Origin: Cenococcum geophilum
Lineage: Eukaryota
Assembly: GCA_050273025.1 (NCBI GenBank)
Contig: CP158635.1
Location: 31,806,001 to 31,870,000, forward strand
Length of the DNA stretch: 64,000 nt
Direction: 5' to 3'
Position 1 is the first letter of the stretch. Every line of letters starts with the position of its first letter. Positions 61,330 to 64,000 of this stretch are shown piece by piece. The position numbers and the translations under genes are program-made. The notes below the pieces were generated by a model. That model did not search any database, was not told where the DNA came from, and worked only from the letters and a program-made list of their open reading frames with translations.

Positions 61330-64000
61330 TATGAGGGGATCTTATAGACAGGGGCTATAAGGACACGATTGGAACAGGATAGATTGGTAAGAGAGATGAA
61401 TTTTTAAGGAGGTAAGGCCTCTAGGATCGTAGAGACTATATACTACGGGCACGTGCCTCTGGCACGTAACTAGTGACTATCTAAGGGGCGTCCGGGGGTT
61501 GTCCTAAGGGTAACCTAAGGTGTCTGCAATAATATCCCTTACATTGCCCTCCCCCTTCTTGCGGTTGGCCTTTGATTGCTATTACCTTACGGTAGGGAGA
61601 TTATAAGGGCTTGTTTTAGAAGAGGTTCAAAAAGATATTAGAGAGGTATTAGTATACCGCTGTATATTATCTATCTATCTAACCCCTGCTTTAAACTCCT
61701 AAAAAACCTTAATAAGGGAAAAATATAATTAGAGAAAAGACGTGAGGATTACTAGGAGACCTATTAAAAGCCTATTAGAAGTATGCCGGTGACTACCTAG
61801 GCTAATATAGGGATTTTTATATAACTTTACTTCTAAGCCTTTATGCTAGTCTATAATTAATCACGAGTATTATAGGTAATTTAGTATTCTAGTATAGTTC
61901 CGTAGAACCTTTTAGTATGGGATTTAATGTATAGAGCCTTAGCCTGCCGTTGTCTTTAACTGCTAAGATATGGTCTATAATTCTTTCTTATAATCCTTTT
62001 CTTATAATCCTCTGCGTTACTAACGCATTACTCCCATATTTGCCCTTAGGCTATTAGATGCGGTTAAGGTATTAATTAGTTAGTTAAAGAGACTTGTCTT
62101 TTAAGATTTAGTGTATATACTTTCAAATCTAGTGGTCCTATACTGTATATTTGGCGTAGCTCTACTACCTAGTAAATAGGGACATTTCGCGATAGTAATT
62201 GTAGCTATTATGCGATTGTTAAGAACGTCTATAACGTTGTTCTTTGATACTATAATATCGTTTTAGGTCTAATTTAACCTATATGCGTCTTTAATTTAAC
62301 GTCTTAATTGCCTTCCCCCGGCCGCGTAGTTAGTTTTTATAAGGAAGTGATGGTTAAATAACTTATACGCGTGTTTCCTTCCTTCTAAATAACGCTATTG
62401 TAACGGAGTTATATTGGCAAGGTTGCGGCTAGTTACTAAAAGGGTAATAGACGGTAAAGTATAAAGACACTTTACTTATTAAGCTTAATCCTTTTCCTTA
62501 ATACCTTACTTCCCATTATTAACCTTTATCTAATTTAGACGTATCTTCGATATATTATTAAGATTTTCTTCTTTTTCATTATTAATTTAATATGCCTCTT
62601 TGTTCTCCTGCTAACTACTTTTCTAAGTAAATTCTATAGTGTATTCTAACCCTACCTTTATATATAGAACCCTAATCCCCGCTAACCTGTAACTGGTGCT
62701 AGTCCTACCTAAATAATTTTGCCTATATGTCTTCAAAAGACCAGAAATCTAATGACAGGATTCTGGAGGCAAGAGCGGCAGTTGCATTAAGGTAAGTTTT
62801 TCTATCCTTAATAGATTTCTATTGCTAACTTTAAGCTTTAATAGCCTAGGCCTAAGTGGCGACGTTCCTTTAATATCCTTAACTACTATATTGCCTAGGC
62901 TCTCTCTTATTCTAGCGTAAATGCTAAATAGCTTAGCCGAATTTAAGACTATGCTACGGCTATCTATACTGCCCATAATTCCTAATAAGCTAGCTAGTAA
63001 CGCCTAATATAAGAGTAAGGTTAGTATACTAAGGATAGGGTGCGTAATGGGGGTAATAAGAAGAAGGTCGCTGTCTACTATAGAAAGGAGTTTGCGTATA
63101 CGCGTTAAGTTTTAAAAGAGTATAACATAATACGGTATTAGGTAGGTTACCCTTTGGGTACCTAGCGGATAGGTAACTAATAGTTACTGTAGTAAGGTCT
63201 TAGTGGTTCTGGACTATACCAGCTAGCTAACATCTCTGTTTATTCTAGGCTTAAGCGTGTTTTTATTAACTATAAGCTTATGCTATAAGAGCTTTGTTAG
63301 TATTGGTTTAGACCTAATATTAGTGTTAAGCATTTAAGAGTCTCTGCTCTAGCTACACCTTATTACCCTACCCCTATTTTTATACCTACTTATACGCCTA
63401 CTAAGGGATCTAGATCCTATTCTTATTAGCCATTACTTAGTAGCCTGATGGATACTGATCCTACTCCTAATAATAAGGCATAGTGGCTTTTTAGATTGGG
63501 TATTTATGGTTTAGACTTTTGGGATTTGTTCTTATATATAGTAGCAATTAAGGACCTTAATTAGGTGCTTAGAAAGGCCTTATAAGGCTTTTAGAAAGGG
63601 CTTAGAAGCTCTAGGAACTATATTCCTAATATAGATTTATAAATAGGAATGTAATTCTAGCAAAATGCCCTATTAACTCTATGCTATATACGTGAAAAGG
63701 CTAAGGACCCATCCTGCCTTAGGCTGTAGCCCTATCCCTATAGTTTCCGGAGCTTATCTATACTATATCTAATTTAACCTATTTACTCTTTAGGGCCTTT
63801 TGCGGCCTATTATAAGCTTTCTTTATAGGTTGCGATAATACTATAGTATTAGAGCGCTTTCTATAATTTATAGATTGTAGACCTTGGTCCCAATATTCTT
63901 TTAGAATATCTTTATAATAATTAAGGTAATCCTCTAGTTTCTATATAGAGTCCTTAGCGGGCTAGCCTAGCTATTTAATTTTAAATTAAAGCTTGTTCTT
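61330..64000 (-). mobile_element. 3' end of another LTR element (214-bp LTR 61330-61543 plus PPT), internal region unclassified
   Basis: Host homology stops at 61329. The LTR ends CCCTTACA and is followed by a reversed PPT (TTGCCCTCCCCCTTC). RIP-like internal sequence runs off the window. Confidence 0.65.

Overview
Eukaryotic (filamentous ascomycete) DNA. A ~20 kb intron-containing gene island (~22.7-43.2 kb) lies between two AT-rich nests of retrotransposons degraded by repeat-induced point mutation (RIP: CpA/TpG depletion, TpA excess, TAA/TAG replacing Gln/Trp codons). The island has five intact genes: a KHA1-type K+/H+ antiporter, a GH92 alpha-mannosidase with a C-terminal membrane helix, a cytochrome b5/acyl-CoA dehydrogenase, an AT-hook+TM hypothetical protein and a TGL4/5-type patatin lipase. 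It also has two frameshifted pseudogenes and a 22-bp perfect hairpin. Each flank is a minus-strand copy of the same Ty3/Gypsy family, invaded by younger elements whose ends and target sites can be read directly. Left: a non-autonomous Copia derivative, a Tad1-like LINE and a chromodomain Gypsy, plus a hAT-type MITE with a LINE fragment. Right: a full-length GalEa-like Copia, a solo LTR, an Ngaro tyrosine-recombinase retrotransposon and another LTR element. The most unusual item is the 3.3 kb Copia derivative (936-4225). It has a swapped U3 and a single ~676-codon ancestral reading frame that joins gag and integrase pieces out of order, in frame, around novel QQPT and (QAPSA)n repeats. All calls come from manual reading and translation; no database search was possible.
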